Positions 29,841 to 40,079 of a DNA stretch of 64,000 nucleotides are shown here, in pieces. The notes beneath the pieces were generated by a model that did no database searches, was not told the origin of the DNA, and saw nothing but the letters and a program-made list of their open reading frames with translations. Both the position numbers and the translations under genes were made by a program. Source of the stretch: a bacterium (GTDB lineage Bacteria > UBA8248); NCBI GenBank assembly GCA_965204535.1, contig OZ241996.1, positions 768,001 to 832,000 of the forward strand, in the 5' to 3' direction. Positions within the stretch are counted from its first letter, which is position 1; each line of letters begins with the position of its first letter.

Positions 29841-31553
29841 TTATTTTCCCTGCCTGCGTTTTCGGGTCGCGTCCGCATCGATTTGAAAGCCCGGCGCGCC
29901 GCCCAGCACCACGCCGTAGGCCGCCTCCGCCGCCTTGGGGGAGACGAAGCCGCGCAGAACGTCGGCGCGCACGTCCTCGGGGTCGCGTTCTTTGGGGTCG
30001 CCCCACCCGCCGCCGCCGGGGGTGGAGACGCGAATCGAATCGCCGCTCACAAACGCCGTGGACGCGCCGACGGCGGGCGCCTGCGCGCTCTTTTTGCCGG
30101 AGCGCCGGCGCATCTCGTAGGGCTTTCCGGACGATGCGCCCGGCCCGCCCGCGGGGCCGGCTTCGGCGTTTCCCGCCGCGCTCGCCGATACGCCGTCGAT
30201 GAGCATCCGGTACTCCCGGAACACGCCCAGGCCGCCGCGCCGCGCGCCAGCACCGCCTGAATCCTGCGCCAGCCCCATCGACTCGACCCGCACCGGATAG
30301 CGCGCCTCCATCACCTCGACGGGCATGCCGCCGGTCGCGCCGAGTGGGGAAACGGCGGACGCCCCGTCTCCCGTCATGTGCGCGCCCGCGCCTGCGCCCA
30401 GGGCTTCTCTGAGCAGGTGGAAGCCGCCTTTTTCGTCGTGTCCCCAGAAGCTGAGCGTCCTCAGGTTGTCAAAGCCGGTGGGCGTGCGCCCGCCGGAGGC
30501 CTCGAAGAGCGCCTCGCCGAACGCCGAGAGCAGCTTGCCGAGCGTGAGCGCTCTCAGGCCCGTCGGGGCGGGGAATCGGGGGGTGAGTATCGTGCCGGGT
30601 TCCGGCAATTTTATCTGAAACCCCCGCAAGGCCCCGTCGTTCAGGGGAGTCTCATTCATATCGTCCTGAAGGTGGAGCAGCATGGGAGCGAGGAGGCGGG
30701 TCAGGAACTGCGCGCCCTCTCCCTCCAGGGGGCAGTTGATGGGGCCGCGCGCCTGGGGGGCCGCGTCCAGTTCGATATGGAGAGCGTCCTTTTGCCGCGT
30801 GAGCGTGAGCGCGAGTTCATGCGGACCGTTCAAGCCATCCGTTTCGACGGCGGTGTGCGCCGTCCAGCTTTTTTCGGGGAGTTGCGGGATGAGCTGGCCG
30901 CGGAACGCGAGTTCGCATTCTCTGAGCAGATCGGCGAAGCACGCCGTGAGGTTCTCCGCCCCGTACCGCCGCGTCAAATCCTTGAGCCGCGCCGCGCCGA
31001 CCCGGAGCGCGCCGAGCTGGGCGTCGATGTCATCCCCCAGGTGATGGGCCTGGCGGCTGTTCCTGAGGAGCAGGGTCTTGATGTCATCGACCGTCTCATC
31101 GCCGCGCGCGATGCGCACCGGCGGGATGAGGACCCCTTCGTGGTAGCTCTCGCGCGAGCCGACGCTCGCCCCGCCGGGCAGCGCGCCGCCCAGATCGTCG
31201 TGACGGCCCCTGATCTGCAAAAAAGCGATGAGCGCGCCCTCTGCGAACAAAGGCCGGGTGAGGCATAGCTCCGCGGCCTCGCCCAGACCGGCGGGGGGCA
31301 TGTAGGGGTCGTTGTGGAGGAAAACGTCGCCCTCGGCCGGATCGGGATACGCGCGGATGACGGGCGCCGGGCCGGTGGCGAGCACCCGCCCGGTGAGCGC
31401 GCGCCCGAAGCGGTCGAACAGGCAGACGGAGAAATCGCCCGCGTCGCGCAGGGACGGGCTTCGCCAGATGCGCGCGAGGAGGTCCTCGACTTCCTCCTCG
31501 ACCGCGCGAAGCGCGCCCGCCAGGATTTCGCTGACAATCGGGTTCGCGTTCAT
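29841..31553 (-). CDS. Hydantoinase B/oxoprolinase family protein
   Basis: NDPY, D.GG..PG, EG..IPP, SGGAG.RRGG.G, TPGGGGWGDP. Confidence 0.88.
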   Translation of the reverse strand: MNANPIVSEILAGALRAVEEEVEDLLARIWRSPSLRDAGDFSVCLFDRFGRALTGRVLATGPAPVIRAYPDPAEGDVFLHNDPYMPPAGLGEAAELCLTRPLFAEGALIAFLQIRGRHDDLGGALPGGASVGSRESYHEGVLIPPVRIARGDETVDDIKTLLLRNSRQAHHLGDDIDAQLGALRVGAARLKDLTRRYGAENLTACFADLLRECELAFRGQLIPQLPEKSWTAHTAVETDGLNGPHELALTLTRQKDALHIELDAAPQARGPINCPLEGEGAQFLTRLLAPMLLHLQDDMNETPLNDGALRGFQIKLPEPGTILTPRFPAPTGLRALTLGKLLSAFGEALFEASGGRTPTGFDNLRTLSFWGHDEKGGFHLLREALGAGAGAHMTGDGASAVSPLGATGGMPVEVMEARYPVRVESMGLAQDSGGAGARRGGLGVFREYRMLIDGVSASAAGNAEAGPAGGPGASSGKPYEMRRRSGKKSAQAPAVGASTAFVSGDSIRVSTPGGGGWGDPKERDPEDVRADVLRGFVSPKAAEAAYGVVLGGAPGFQIDADATRKRRQGK

Positions 31554-33697
31554 CCCCAGGCCGCTCCCACGCCGTGATCGCCCGTCGGCCTGCCGGCGCG
31601 CTCGTCGCGCTCGAAGACTTCCGAGCGGAAGCGCATCACCAGGTTCCCATACCTGTCCACGCGGGCTTCCTGCCGGGGGAAGATGGCCGTCGTGCTGCCG
31701 AAGCTCTCGACGATGGCCGGTCCGGGGATGTAGTTGCCCTCCAGCAGCCTCTCCCGGTAGTAGACCGGCGTATCGTGAAACCCGCCCAGTTCCTTGAACC
31801 AGACGAGGCGCGCGCCCTTGTAAGCCTCCTCGGGGCTTTCGTCGCCCGCGGGGATGAGGGGCAGGTTGGGCGGTTCCGTCATGCCGATTCCCGTGACGCG
31901 CAGGTGCACGATCTCGACCGGGCGGCTGCTTTTGTGGTTGTAGGTGTAGCGTCGCTGGTAGAGGGCGTGGAAGCGTTCGAAGGCCTCCGCCAGCACCGGC
32001 GGGGTGATGTAGCCGCCGGGCACGTCGACCTCGATCTCGGTGGCCTCTCCCTGGTAGCGCATCTCGGCGGTCCTTCGCATCATCCGCCGGTGGGCGGGAA
32101 CCCCCTCGCTTTCGAGGCCCGCCGCCGCCTGCGCTTCGAGTTTCTCATACGCGTCGCCCAGGGCTTCGGGCTGGACGTTTTCTTCCGATTGATAGTGCGC
32201 CGCCGCGTGATCGTTCACCAGGTCGACGACCTCCAGCCCGAACGCGCTCGTCATGCCCGCGAAGGGCGGGACGATGACGGTGTCGATTTCCAGGAGTTCG
32301 GCCACCAGGCCCGCCGTCAGGGGACCGGAGCCGCCAAAGGCCATCAGAGCGAAGTTTTTGGGAGAAATCCCCCGCTGCACCGTCGCGCGGCGCACGGCGT
32401 GCGTCTGGTTCCAGGCGGCGATCTCAACCACGCCCGAGGCCATCTCGTGGGGGTTCATGTCGAACCCGCGCGCCAAGTCGCGCATGGCCTTCATGGCGAG
32501 CGCCTTGTTGAGCTTCACCTCGCCGCCCGCCAGATGGAGCGGGCTGCGCGCGAGGAGCAGGTTCGCGTCGGTGAGGGTGGGTTCCTCCCCGCCCTTGCCG
32601 TAGCAGATGGGTCCCGGGTCCGCGCCCGCGCTCCGGGGGCCGACGCGCAGCCGCCCCTCGGGGCTTCGCCAGGCGACCGACCCGCCGCCGGTGCCGATGG
32701 TGACGACGTCGATCATCGGCATCCTCAGGTGAAACTCATCGAGCTGGTGTCTGGTGGCGCGCTTCGCCTCGCCGCCCTCGACCACGGCGATGTCGGTCGA
32801 TGTGCCGCCCCCGTCCAGGGTGATGAGCTGCTCATGGCCCGAGAGTTTTCCGAGAAAGGCGGCGGAGAGCGCGCCCGCGGCCGGCCCCGAGAGCACGGTG
32901 CCGATGGGCCGCTTGGCGATCTCGCGTGCGGTGGAGACCCCGCCGTTGCTCTTCATGATCATGAACGGCGCGCCGCCCAGGGTGTCCTCGATTTTCCTGG
33001 AAGCGCTCTCGACATAGTCCTTGATGCGCGGCTTGATGCACGCATCGAGAAGCGTTGTGATGGCGCGCTCGTATTCGCCGGGTTCGGGGATCACCTCGCT
33101 CGATATGCTCACGAAACATTCGGGGTATTCGCGCTCGAAGGCCTCTAATATCAATTCCTCGTGCGCCGGGTTGGCGTAGGCGTGGAGCAGACAGACCCCG
33201 ACGGAGCCGATACGCTGCCCCTTGAACCACCTGGCGAGTTTTAAGGCGTCCTGTTCATTCAGGGATTCCAGGACCTCGCCGGATGCGGAGATTCTCTCTT
33301 TGGCTTCGCGGACACGCTCGGGGGGAACCAGCGCGTCGCGGGGTTTTGCGAGCAGGGGAGCGGCGTAATTGGCCTTCGACGCGCCGTTCGCTCCCCCGAT
33401 CTCCAAAAGATGGCGGAACCCGCCCGTGACGATGAAGCCCAGATCCTCGAAGCGGCGCTCCAGGATGGCGTTCGTCGCCACCGTCGTGCCGTGGAAGACG
33501 CCGTTCACCATGGCGGGGCGGATCTTGGTCTCGGAGAGAATTTTCCGGATGCCCTGGATGAGGCCCTCGCTGAAATCGGCGGGCGTCGTCGGCGTCTTGG
33601 TGGTGAAGACCTCGCCGGAGTCGGAGCGCACGCCGACCACGTCGGTGAACGTGCCGCCCGTGTCGATGCCGATGCGAAGTCCGCGTTTGGAAGTCAT
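31550..33697 (-). CDS. Hydantoinase A/oxoprolinase family protein (ATP-binding)
   Basis: IGIDTGGTFTD, HGTTVATNA, SGPAAG, DGGGTSTD, GP.SAGADPGP.CYG. Confidence 0.92.
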   Translation of the reverse strand: MTSKRGLRIGIDTGGTFTDVVGVRSDSGEVFTTKTPTTPADFSEGLIQGIRKILSETKIRPAMVNGVFHGTTVATNAILERRFEDLGFIVTGGFRHLLEIGGANGASKANYAAPLLAKPRDALVPPERVREAKERISASGEVLESLNEQDALKLARWFKGQRIGSVGVCLLHAYANPAHEELILEAFEREYPECFVSISSEVIPEPGEYERAITTLLDACIKPRIKDYVESASRKIEDTLGGAPFMIMKSNGGVSTAREIAKRPIGTVLSGPAAGALSAAFLGKLSGHEQLITLDGGGTSTDIAVVEGGEAKRATRHQLDEFHLRMPMIDVVTIGTGGGSVAWRSPEGRLRVGPRSAGADPGPICYGKGGEEPTLTDANLLLARSPLHLAGGEVKLNKALAMKAMRDLARGFDMNPHEMASGVVEIAAWNQTHAVRRATVQRGISPKNFALMAFGGSGPLTAGLVAELLEIDTVIVPPFAGMTSAFGLEVVDLVNDHAAAHYQSEENVQPEALGDAYEKLEAQAAAGLESEGVPAHRRMMRRTAEMRYQGEATEIEVDVPGGYITPPVLAEAFERFHALYQRRYTYNHKSSRPVEIVHLRVTGIGMTEPPNLPLIPAGDESPEEAYKGARLVWFKELGGFHDTPVYYRERLLEGNYIPGPAIVESFGSTTAIFPRQEARVDRYGNLVMRFRSEVFERDERAGRPTGDHGVGAAWG

Positions 33698-33714
33698 GGC
33701 TTGAGGGTTCCCAC

Positions 33715-34137
33715 CTAGCGCGTGAACAGGAATGCGGCCAGTGCGGCGCAGACGAGCCCGCCCACCTTGGCGGGCGTGAAGCCCTCGCCCAGGAACAGCG
33801 CCGCCAGAATCGCCGTGACGCCCGGATACAGCGCCGAAAGCGCCACCACGCCCGCCGTCTGGCCTTCCGCCTTCGACAGCGCCAGCACCAAAAAGAGCAT
33901 GGCCAGCAGGGTGGCCACCGTGGCGACCACGGGCAGCCACATGACCTCCATACGCATCGGCGGGAGCGGGAACTGTCTGCTCAAGACGGCGATCACCACG
34001 ACGACCGCGGTCGTGACGCCCATGCCCATCAGGTGGGGCATCGCGCCCAGGCGCTCCTGGCCCATCTTCATGAAGAATCCCCAGACGCCGAAGCACAGGA
34101 CGGCGAGCAGGGTGAGACTCAAGGCGGTCGTGTTCAT
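33715..34137 (-). CDS. Single-domain EamA/DMT transporter
   Basis: About five TM helices; YP.VT..LA..FLGE. Confidence 0.8.
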   Translation of the reverse strand: MNTTALSLTLLAVLCFGVWGFFMKMGQERLGAMPHLMGMGVTTAVVVVIAVLSRQFPLPPMRMEVMWLPVVATVATLLAMLFLVLALSKAEGQTAGVVALSALYPGVTAILAALFLGEGFTPAKVGGLVCAALAAFLFTR

Positions 34138-34357
34138 CGTCTTCTCCAGAGAAAATGTTCTCCGCAGGCGGCCGGCCGTTCGCTCGAAGGCCGAGGTTTT
34201 TTGGCCAACGCGCCGCAAAGCGGCTTTATACAGCAAGTTAAGGGCGAGGAAAAGATGAGGATTTCGTGATTTTGTGATTCCACTTATGGAGCCGATCATG
34301 GAGGGATGAAACTTTACTCCTCGCTTGCAGAGCGTGAACTAACCACTCCCCCCTCAA

Positions 34358-34526
34358 GGGGCTGTTGAAAAAGTCCTGATGAACGAGGGTTTTGCGCGAC
34401 CGGGGAGGGGCGGTTTTGTAGGGGCCGCATACATGCGGCCCTTGTAGTGGACAAAAAAATCAGGGTCGCATATATGCGACCCCTACACACAAACAAATTT
34501 TCTTCTCGGGGTTTATCAACAAGCCC
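34358..34526. mobile_element. MITE with IS1182-type TIRs carrying a GTAG-REP pair
   Basis: GGGGCTGTTGAAAAA / TTTATCAACAAGCCC; perfect 5-bp duplication CTCAA; internal GTAGGGGCCGCATACATGCGGCCC ... GGGTCGCATATATGCGACCCCTAC. Confidence 0.85.
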
Positions 34527-34608
34527 CTCAAGGGAGGAGTGATTTATTTCCTTTCGGACTTTTTCAACAACCCCGTTTCGCGCAGCTTGCGGTTTTGGTA
34601 GATTTCCG

Positions 34609-35514
34609 GTGTCGGATGAACCGATGACCTTTCCGCCACCCATAACGGATGATTCCATGCAGATCACGCCGCACGTGCATTGCCTCTGGCTGGAATTCGA
34701 GATCAAAACACCGGCTGGTGAGCGAATTCCAAGGTTCGTCACGTCCTATATTCTGGCGGGCGATACGCTCACCCTGATAGACACGGGCGTCGCCTCAACA
34801 GCCCCGGATATCTTCGCCTACATCGAATCCATCGGCAGGAAGCCCGAGGAGATAGCGCACGTCCTGCTCACGCACTCTCATTTCGACCACATCGGCGGAA
34901 ACGGTCTTATCGCGGAAAGGGCTGCGCCTGAATTTTTTGGACCCGAGGCGGAGCGGCGGATGATCGAGGACCTGGACTATCAGCACAGCGTCCGTCCGGT
35001 GGGCAGAATGCGCGATGCGGTGTCCGGCCCCGTAAAGCTCGCGGGTTTTCTCGCGGAAGGCGATGAGATATCCCCGGGCGGCGTCAAAGTCCGGGTGATT
35101 CACACGCCGGGGCATTCGGCGGGGAGCCTCTCTTTCTTCATGCCTGAGGAGGGCGTGCTCATCTCAGGCGACGTGCTGCCCGAACCGGGGGCGTTGCCGA
35201 TCTATGAGAGCGTGGGGGACACGCTGGCGAGCCTGGAGAAGTTGAAGGCGCTTCCAGGGGTGAGCGTCCTGCTCTCCGCCATGAGCCGGGCGGTCTCGCG
35301 GAATGAGGCAGTCTCCGCCCACATCGAGAGCGGGGCAGGGTACATGAGAGAGATCGACGGACTGGTGCGGGAGGCCGTAGCCGGGAAGGGGAGGGATGTT
35401 CCGCCCGGAGAGGCGGCCGAGCACGTCTTCGAGCGGTTGAAACTCCCGCGCGCGGGCCTCATCCCCATCGTCCTGCGCAGCATGAAGGCCCATCTGGACG
35501 AGGGGCCGATATAA
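34609..35514 (+). CDS. Metallo-beta-lactamase fold hydrolase
   Basis: LIDTG, THSHFDHIGG, HTPGHS, SGD; start may be 34657. Confidence 0.9.
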   Translation: MSDEPMTFPPPITDDSMQITPHVHCLWLEFEIKTPAGERIPRFVTSYILAGDTLTLIDTGVASTAPDIFAYIESIGRKPEEIAHVLLTHSHFDHIGGNGLIAERAAPEFFGPEAERRMIEDLDYQHSVRPVGRMRDAVSGPVKLAGFLAEGDEISPGGVKVRVIHTPGHSAGSLSFFMPEEGVLISGDVLPEPGALPIYESVGDTLASLEKLKALPGVSVLLSAMSRAVSRNEAVSAHIESGAGYMREIDGLVREAVAGKGRDVPPGEAAEHVFERLKLPRAGLIPIVLRSMKAHLDEGPI

Positions 35515-35556
35515 TACGATGCATTTTCCGACACCTTACGAACGAGGAGCTTCCGC

Positions 35557-36846
35557 TTGAGCCTGCACCTGTACTTGAGGAGTTTCGAGGCCCCGCTCGG
35601 CGAGAGGGGAAAGGACGATCTCTGGCGCGAGAAAAAAGATTTGCTGGACGATCCCGCGAAATGCGCCGAACTGATAGCGGGATATCAGGCAGGTCCCGGA
35701 GAGCCGTATTTCGCCACCGAGCGGGCGGACGTAGCGGGCATGGCGGCGAAACTCGGCGCGGCGGAGGGAAAAGAACATATCGTCGTTATCGGGAACGGCG
35801 GGTCGATACGAAACGTGTGGGCGCTCTATCTGGCGCTTTCAGGTCGTGGGTTTGCCCGAAAGCTGCACCTGCTCGACGGCACGGACATGAGCGGACTGCT
35901 CGGAGAGTTGCTGCGCGAAGGCGGCGCGTTCCATCCCGGGAACACGCTCATCGTTCCGGTGAGCAAGTCGGGCGAAACGGAAAACGTGATTCAGGAGACC
36001 GCGCTTTTGATGGAGCGCGGCTATCCGGCGCTGGCGATCACCTCATCCGGCCCGAGCAAGCTGGCCTCGATGGTCGCCGAGGCGAATCTCGATACCTTCC
36101 CGCATCCCGACGAGGTGGGCGGGCGCTTCACCGCCGCCCAGAACAACGCGCTCCTGCCCCTGGCGATGCTGGAGGGAAATACGAAGCTGGCCGGAGAGAT
36201 TGATGCCGCCTTCGCCGACGCCCACGAAAAACTAAAGGCCGCTGCGCCCTTGAGCGAGAATATGGCGAAGCGTCTGGCCCTCGAACTCTGGCGCGCCGAG
36301 AGGGCCGGCTACACGGAGGTCTTCATGCCGATTTACGCTCATGCGCTATCAGGCGTCGGCGAGCTGATCGTGCAACTCGTCCATGAGAGCTACTGCAAGG
36401 CCGGGCGCGGGCAGACGATTCTCGCAGCAGGCGCGCCCGAGAGCCAGCACCACACGAACCAGAGATATTTCGGGGGGCGGGAGAACATCGTGGGGCTGTC
36501 GCTGTGCGTTGGAAGTTTTGAGGAGGATGAGGCTCTCGCGGGCGGGGTGAGTTGCACGGAGTTTTTACACTTAGAGCACGCGGGCGTCGCCGCAGAAGCC
36601 GAGAGCAGGGGGACGCCCCACATGGTGCTCACGCTCGATTCCCTGGCAGTCGCCGACGTGTGCGGCCTCATCGCGCTCTGGCAGTGGGCGGCGGTCTACG
36701 GCGGCCTGCTTCGCGGGGTGAACCCTTTCGATCAGCCGGCCGTGGAGGGCAGCAAGAAAGCGACGCTCGAGATGTTCGAGAGCTTCGGGGAGGAGACGAA
36801 GGCGAGTCTCGCGAGATTCGTTCGGGATGCGGGGTATAGGTTGTGA
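35557..36846 (+). CDS. pgi: Glucose-6-phosphate isomerase (divergent)
   Basis: GNGGS, SKSGET.E, VGGRF, ES..K, NPFDQPAVE.SK. Confidence 0.8.
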   Translation: MSLHLYLRSFEAPLGERGKDDLWREKKDLLDDPAKCAELIAGYQAGPGEPYFATERADVAGMAAKLGAAEGKEHIVVIGNGGSIRNVWALYLALSGRGFARKLHLLDGTDMSGLLGELLREGGAFHPGNTLIVPVSKSGETENVIQETALLMERGYPALAITSSGPSKLASMVAEANLDTFPHPDEVGGRFTAAQNNALLPLAMLEGNTKLAGEIDAAFADAHEKLKAAAPLSENMAKRLALELWRAERAGYTEVFMPIYAHALSGVGELIVQLVHESYCKAGRGQTILAAGAPESQHHTNQRYFGGRENIVGLSLCVGSFEEDEALAGGVSCTEFLHLEHAGVAAEAESRGTPHMVLTLDSLAVADVCGLIALWQWAAVYGGLLRGVNPFDQPAVEGSKKATLEMFESFGEETKASLARFVRDAGYRL

Positions 36847-36867
36847 GAGGCGGAATCGAGAACCGAA

Positions 36868-37312
36868 GTAGGGACAGGCCCCCGTGCCTATCCGAGGTTG
36901 CTCCTCCTCACTCCGAATTCACCACCGCCGTCATTCCGGCGAAAGCCGGAATCCATTCTAAAGCAGAATGACAATGCTCCGGCTTTTCATCTCCCCGTCA
37001 TTGGGGGGAAGCAATCAGGAAATAAAAAACAAAGGCAAAACAAATGGATTCCGGCTTTCGCCGGAATGACGATCAAAAGCACATTTGCCCGTAGGGGCGA
37101 CCCCCTGTGGATGCCCACATCGTATATGTTCATCCCCGTGGCTACCTTCGCAGGGACAGGCACGGGGGCCTGTCCCTACAAACCCTCTATTTACAAGGCC
37201 CTGTGCGGGGTTTTTCAACACCCCAAATGCGACCCTTACAATACGGGTGGCGACCTCTCCGCCCGGCATCTTCGATTCAAGGACTGCAGGGGCGGTTCGC
37301 GAACCGCCCCTA
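36868..37312. repeat. Mosaic cluster of REP-like palindromes (GTAG and CGTC types) with an orphan TIR
   Basis: CGTCATTCCGGCGAAAGCCGGAATCCA (36929-36955) and its inverse (37045-37071); GTAGGGACAGGCCCCCGTG and inverse; GGGGCGGTTCGCGAACCGCCCCTAC; GGGGTTTTTCAACACCCC near 37207. Confidence 0.8.
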
Positions 37313-37316
37313 CGCT

Positions 37317-38264
37317 CTAGGGCGCCTCCTCCCCCCGCTTGGGCGCCTTCAAGGGCAGCCCCAGGACGCGGGCGGGGTTCTTGTGGAGCATCGTCTCGAT
37401 CTCGCGCGGTTTGATTCCGTTCTCCAGCATCAACTGAACGAACACGCGCAGGCCCTCCCAGGGGGGCGCGTTGTGGAGCTGGCCCAGGTCGGTGGAGAGG
37501 ATCGTCTTCGCCGCGCCCACAGCCTTCACCATCTTCGCCTGCTCCCTGACGGAGATGGGCGGCGCGTTTTCATCGGTCGGATAGGCCCCCCAGTGGGTGA
37601 AGCAGAAGATCGCCAGATGCTCGATGTAGGCCCCCATCTTGGCGAATTCGACCTGCTCCTCGATAGATGCGTCCACGATGTACTCGGGGTGCTGCACGAT
37701 GATGTGCTTCACCCCCTCTTCTTTCGCGAGGGGGATCAGGGCGCGCACCTCGTCCACGTCCAGGTGTCCCGTGCTCAGGCAGATGCCCGCATCGGCGATG
37801 AGCTTGCAGATGGTTCGGACTTCCCCGTGTATTTTCGTTCGCCTCTTGTCGGAGAAGATGGTGAGGCCCTCTTCTTTAAGCTTCACGCCCCTGGTCTGCT
37901 TCATGCCCGGAAAATGCGGCGCGCCGAGTTTTTCCAGGTGGTTCAGCGAACTGATGGTGGGCATCCACACCATCTTCGCCCCCATCTTGATGGCGGTGTC
38001 CACCGCGAAGGGGTTGAACCCGCCCACCGGGCTGTTGAGGGTGATGCCTCCGTAGATCTCGATGGCGTCGCCCATCACCTCGCGCACGATGGGGATGCGG
38101 CCCGACGTGTCGCCGTGGTGAATCTTGAACACCACGCCGCGCATGCCGACCGACGCCGCCCCGCGCGCGCACTCGATGTGGTCGCAGACGCGCGGGAACA
38201 GGCTGGGCGATGCGTGGATGTGGGTGTCGATTGCGCCGTGAAGCAGCCTCTGGTCTTCTCTCAT
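37317..38264 (-). CDS. Amidohydrolase-superfamily TIM-barrel protein (DUF6282-like)
   Basis: GAIDTHIH.SP, K.H, GG.NP.AV, VWMPT, TGH, HPE, STDLGQ, NPA. Confidence 0.8.
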   Translation of the reverse strand: MREDQRLLHGAIDTHIHASPSLFPRVCDHIECARGAASVGMRGVVFKIHHGDTSGRIPIVREVMGDAIEIYGGITLNSPVGGFNPFAVDTAIKMGAKMVWMPTISSLNHLEKLGAPHFPGMKQTRGVKLKEEGLTIFSDKRRTKIHGEVRTICKLIADAGICLSTGHLDVDEVRALIPLAKEEGVKHIIVQHPEYIVDASIEEQVEFAKMGAYIEHLAIFCFTHWGAYPTDENAPPISVREQAKMVKAVGAAKTILSTDLGQLHNAPPWEGLRVFVQLMLENGIKPREIETMLHKNPARVLGLPLKAPKRGEEAP

Positions 38265-38460
38265 GCCGTTCCTCTCCGGGTTTGGTGTGGTATCGGATAC
38301 CTGTTTATGAAAGCTACAGAATCGCCGCCGTTCGGGCAACGCATCTTCCTCTTTCGCCGCCGCCGAGTTGCGGCTATAGTGTCGCCGCACCCGCAGCAAA
38401 ACGAGAACTGTATGCGTATTGAAATTTGGTGAAACGATTGCGTGAAAGGAGCAGTGCAGA

Positions 38461-39270
38461 ATGAAAATCGGTTATGTGGTCGCAACGCCCGACGTGACGA
38501 CGCCGCTCATGCCCGCGGTGCGTGGCGCGTTCCGGGATAATCTGATGTTCCTGAAAGACTTAGGATTCGACGGTGTGGAACTCGCGACGCGCGACGCGGG
38601 CGCTTTCGACAAGGACGAGTTGCGCCGCACGATAGAGGAAACCGGCCTCGAAGTCTCCTTGATCGGCACGGCGCCGATCTCCTATCAGGACGAGATCGAA
38701 ATCTGCCACGCAGACGCCGACGTGCGCGCCAAGGCTATCGAGCGTCTTTTCGGCCACATCGACTTCGCGGGCGAGCTGGGATGTCCCGTGAATATCGGCC
38801 GCTTCCGGGGGAATTTCCTGGAAGACGAGCGGAGGGCGGAGTCCGAAGGCTGGATGTGGGACGGACTGCGCGCGGGCGCAGACAGGGCGGGGGAGCGCGG
38901 CATCAAAATGCTCTTCGAGCCGCACCACCGCTTCAACACGAACTTCGTGCGCTCCACACGCGAGGGCCTGGAATTTCTCGACGAGATGAACCACGAGGCG
39001 GTGGGTTTCCTGATCGACAGCTTCCACATGAACATCGAGGATGCCTCTTTCTCCGGCGCAATCCGCGAGGCGGGCGACAGGCTCGACTATTTCCACATCG
39101 CCGACAACATGCGCACCTACCCGGGTTCGGGCCACATTCCCTTCGATGAGATTATCGGCGCGCTCAAGGAGGTGGGCTATGCGGGCTATCTCTCCGCACA
39201 ACTCGCCCAGAAGCCCGACTTCGAGACGGCGGCGACCAAGACGGTCGAATATCTCAGGCCGCGCCTGTGA
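38461..39270 (+). CDS. Sugar phosphate isomerase/epimerase family (IolO-like)
   Basis: GFDGVEL, FEP, DSFHMNIED, H.AD..R..PG.GH. Confidence 0.88.
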   Translation: MKIGYVVATPDVTTPLMPAVRGAFRDNLMFLKDLGFDGVELATRDAGAFDKDELRRTIEETGLEVSLIGTAPISYQDEIEICHADADVRAKAIERLFGHIDFAGELGCPVNIGRFRGNFLEDERRAESEGWMWDGLRAGADRAGERGIKMLFEPHHRFNTNFVRSTREGLEFLDEMNHEAVGFLIDSFHMNIEDASFSGAIREAGDRLDYFHIADNMRTYPGSGHIPFDEIIGALKEVGYAGYLSAQLAQKPDFETAATKTVEYLRPRL

Positions 39271-39289
39271 GTAGCAGCCTTTCGGAGGT

Positions 39290-40063
39290 GTGGGGATGAT
39301 AAAACAATTCAGGATGGACGGCCGCGTCGCTATCGTCACGGGCGGCACGTCCGGCATCGGCCTGGCGATTGCGAAGGCGCTCGCCGACGCGGGCGCGCGG
39401 GTCATCATCGCCGGTCGCTCGAAGGAGCGGGGAGACGAAGCGCTCGAAGCCTTCCGGGCGGATGATATGGATGCGCAGTTTCTCTCCTGCGACGTGGGGG
39501 ACGCAGCCTCGGTTTCCTCGATGGTAGGGGAGGTGGTTTCCAGCCACGGGGGGCTGAACGTCCTGGTGAACAGCGCCGCGATCAACATCGTGAAGCCCGC
39601 GCTCGACCACGCGCCCGAAGACGTGGACGCGCTCCTGGCCTCGAACGTGCGCGGTGCCTTTCTCTGCGCGCAGGAAGCCGCGAGAGCGATGGTCGACGGT
39701 GGCGGCGGCGGGAAAATCATTCTGCTCACTTCGATGGTCGCCGAGCGCGCAGTCCCCAACCAGGCCGTCTACGTCGCGACCAAGGGCGCTGTCGTCTCCC
39801 TGACGCGCGCGCTCGCGCTCGAGTGGGCGCCGCACAATATCCAGGTGAACGCCCTGGGGCCGCAACTCACCAAGACGCCCATGACGGGGGGGCTGTTCGC
39901 CAATCCCGAGAAGATGGCGGAAGTCCATGCGCGCACGCCCGCGGGCCGCGCGGGCGCGCCTGAGGATCTGACGGGAGCGGCGCTTTTCCTGTGCTCCTCG
40001 GCTTCCGATTACCTCACCGGACAGCACATCGTCGTCGACGGCGGCCGCGGCGCCGCGGGGTGA
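39290..40063 (+). CDS. SDR family oxidoreductase
   Basis: TGGTSGIG, YVATK, VNALGP, VDGG. Confidence 0.92.
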   Translation: MGMIKQFRMDGRVAIVTGGTSGIGLAIAKALADAGARVIIAGRSKERGDEALEAFRADDMDAQFLSCDVGDAASVSSMVGEVVSSHGGLNVLVNSAAINIVKPALDHAPEDVDALLASNVRGAFLCAQEAARAMVDGGGGGKIILLTSMVAERAVPNQAVYVATKGAVVSLTRALALEWAPHNIQVNALGPQLTKTPMTGGLFANPEKMAEVHARTPAGRAGAPEDLTGAALFLCSSASDYLTGQHIVVDGGRGAAG

Positions 40064-40079
40064 TGGAGTAGGAAACTCG

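Noticed and set aside
33698-34096. N-terminal extension making hydantoinase A 848 aa
   Set aside because: Overlaps the EamA gene in another frame; family homology starts at MTSKRGLRIGIDTGG.
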